Part shown: in pieces, positions 62,653 through 64,000 of the stretch
Layout of the letters: the number at the start of each line of letters is the position of its first letter
How positions within the stretch are numbered: the stretch's first letter is position 1
Assembly: GCA_964613035.1 (NCBI GenBank)
Contig: CAZTFQ010000006.1
Location: 28,071-92,070, forward strand
Length of the DNA: 64,000 nt
Direction of reading: 5' to 3'
Origin: an uncultured Christensenellaceae bacterium
GTDB lineage: Bacteria; Bacillota; Clostridia; Christensenellales; DTU072
Notes under the pieces: generated by a model
What the model saw: the letters and a program-made list of their open reading frames with translations, nothing else
Database searches by the model: none
Told to the model about the DNA's origin: nothing
Translations under genes and position numbers: made by a program

Positions 62653-64000
62653 TTACTCCGCTTTTTTCGCAGTTTTCTTGGCGGGAGCTTTCTTGGCGGG
62701 TTTTTCTTCGCCTTCTACGGCTTCCTTATTCTCGGCGTCTGCCTTGGTGGCTGCTTTTTTTGCAACGAATTTATTGTTGCTTCTCAAGAACTCGACCAGT
62801 TTTTGATTGACGATATTGTTTTTGATATAGCCCATCATTCCCTGGAAGTCTTTTCTGAGGTCTTCCACGCTCTTGCCGGAGGTCTCGGCGTACTTGGCGA
62901 GCTCGTTGTCGACGTCTTCCTCGGAAGCTTCTATATGCTCTTCTTTGACGATGGCTTCGAGAACCAAACGAGACTTGACGGAATTCTTGGCTTCGTCCTT
63001 ATACTGGGCGCGGAAGTCTTCCTTGCTCATCTTGAGATACTCGAGATACATTTCGAGAGTGAAGCCCTGTTGCTTCATATGATTGCTCTCTTCTTCAACT
63101 ATTGTATCCATTTCGTTTTCAATCATAACCTCGGGGATGTCGATTTCGGTATTTTCGACGATTTTTGCCAAGAGGCGATTGGTCTCGATGTTTTTCGCTC
63201 TGGATTCTGCCTGCTCGGTGAGACGGGCTTTAACTTCCTTCTTATATTCTTCTACGGTCGCGCTCTTCTCGGAGACGTCTTTAACGAACTCGTCGTCGAG
63301 GGCGGGGACTTCTTTAACCTTAACGGAATGAAGGACGATATGGAAAACGGCTTCTTTTCCGGCGAGGTGCTCGTGATAATCTTTGGGGAAAGTAACCGTA
63401 ATGTCTCTTTCTTCACCGATATTCATACCTTCTACCTGTTCTTCAAAACCGGGGATGAAGGAGCCGCTGCCGAGCTCGAGGTCTTGTTTTTCCGCGGTGC
63501 CGCCGTCGAACTTAACGCCGTCCACGGATCCGCTGTAGTCTATATTGACGACGTCACCTTTCTTAGCGGCTCTGTCGTCGACGTCCACCATACGGGAGTG
63601 ATTGTCGAGCTCTCTGTTGATAGCCTCAGTGACTTCTTTGGCAGAGACTTTAACGGGTTCTTTCTCAATCGAGAGACCTTTATACTCGCCGAGTTTAAAC
63701 TCGGGTCTGACGGTGACCTTGACGGCGAATTTAAGACCGTCTTCGGAGACTTCTTTGACTTCCAGAGCGGGAGAATCCACGAGCTCTAAATTTTCTTTAT
63801 CGAAAGCTTCCTGCCAGTATCTCTCGATGGCTACGTCGATAGCATCTTCAAAGAAAAGCTGTATGCCGTAACGCTTAACGAGAACGTTCATCGGGACGTG
63901 ACCTTTTCTGAAGCCCTGAATCTGATATTGATTCTTGGTCTTCTTATAGGCTCCCTCTATGCAGGATTGCCATTCTTCTTTGTTGACGTCGAAAACGAAT
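62653..64000 (-). CDS. tig: trigger factor (5' end beyond window) with Lys/Ala-rich C-terminal tail
   Basis: The reading frame stays open to the window edge: own translation upstream of the ORF-track Met gives ...[45 protein letters not shown] (GFRKGxVP motif). A PPIase-like middle follows. The tail reads [35 protein letters not shown]. Confidence 0.93.
   Translation of the reverse strand, partial: FVFDVNKEEWQSCIEGAYKKTKNQYQIQGFRKGHVPMNVLVKRYGIQLFFEDAIDVAIERYWQEAFDKENLELVDSPALEVKEVSEDGLKFAVKVTVRPEFKLGEYKGLSIEKEPVKVSAKEVTEAINRELDNHSRMVDVDDRAAKKGDVVNIDYSGSVDGVKFDGGTAEKQDLELGSGSFIPGFEEQVEGMNIGEERDITVTFPKDYHEHLAGKEAVFHIVLHSVKVKEVPALDDEFVKDVSEKSATVEEYKKEVKARLTEQAESRAKNIETNRLLAKIVENTEIDIPEVMIENEMDTIVEEESNHMKQQGFTLEMYLEYLKMSKEDFRAQYKDEAKNSVKSRLVLEAIVKEEHIEASEEDVDNELAKYAETSGKSVEDLRKDFQGMMGYIKNNIVNQKLVEFLRSNNKFVAKKAATKADAENKEAVEGEEKPAKKAPAKKTAKKAE

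Noticed and set aside
62803-63789. Long plus-strand ORFs: 328 aa here, plus 48868-49659 (263 aa), 57112-57807 (231 aa), 34270-34923 (217 aa), 5344-5952 (202 aa), 13265-13870 (201 aa) and many shorter ones.
   Set aside because: Each lies antisense to a confidently identified minus-strand gene (tig, murD, the Cys-rich protein/phosphoesterase, the giant gene, pheT/pheS, infB). Their translations are low-complexity mirror-frame sequences with no RBS or recognisable motifs. They are typical shadow ORFs.
1-64000. Window-wide look for CRISPR arrays, long tandem repeats, tRNA or rRNA genes, IS elements/transposases, integrases, reverse transcriptases, toxin-antitoxin pairs and known defence genes.
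   Set aside because: None were recognised by eye in any intergenic region or ORF translation. Intergenic gaps are short and are explained by promoters, terminators and rnpB. A tRNAscan/Infernal/ISfinder/defence-HMM run would be needed to make this negative result definitive.

Overview
This 64-kb window looks like core chromosome from an endospore-forming Firmicute, probably Clostridia-like. It has moderate GC and is unusually rich in CG dinucleotides. I support about 58 protein genes, all on the minus strand; the only plus-strand gene is RNase P RNA (rnpB, 38907-39225). Gene order in minus-strand transcription direction (descending coordinates): tig-clpP-clpX-lon-engB; a Cys-bearing beta-rich hypothetical; a metallophosphoesterase; a dcw/sporulation supercluster (mraZ-rsmH-[175-aa membrane protein]-PBP-murE-mraY-murD-ftsW-murA-ftsQ-ftsA-ftsZ-spoIIGA-sigE-sigG-ylmC-nrdR-sigK); rnpB (plus strand); a 2396-aa cyclic-beta-1,2-glucan-synthase-like giant gene; rarA; rubrerythrin; an ABC ATPase/permease pair; ruvX; a compositionally foreign chimeric membrane-protein locus; then rpsB-tsf-pyrH-frr-uppS-cdsA-dxr-rseP-ispG-[PolC-N-terminal-like exonuclease]-rimP-nusA-ylxR-infB-rbfA-nrnA-truB::ribF, an endonuclease-IV-like gene, yunB, pheST, mutS2, a small membrane protein and the start of a cysteine desulfurase. 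I found no CRISPR array, tRNA, rRNA, transposase, integrase or recognisable defence, toxin or retroelement genes, so I cannot point to a clear new multi-gene system. The most unusual items are: (1) a 518-aa protein with PolC N-terminal, OB and exonuclease modules but no polymerase, sitting exactly in the polC slot; (2) a CpG-depleted, AT-rich segment at about 25.1-26.6 kb forming a chimeric membrane-anchored acidic protein gene, with a duplicated orphan 3' fragment downstream; (3) the giant GT84/GH94-like gene; (4) a TruB-RibF fusion ORF; (5) a Cys/Thr/Val-rich hypothetical next to the dcw cluster; (6) a textbook-phased triple AAGTGG repeat on the mraZ promoter. All function calls rest on my own reading of motifs and synteny; no database search was run.
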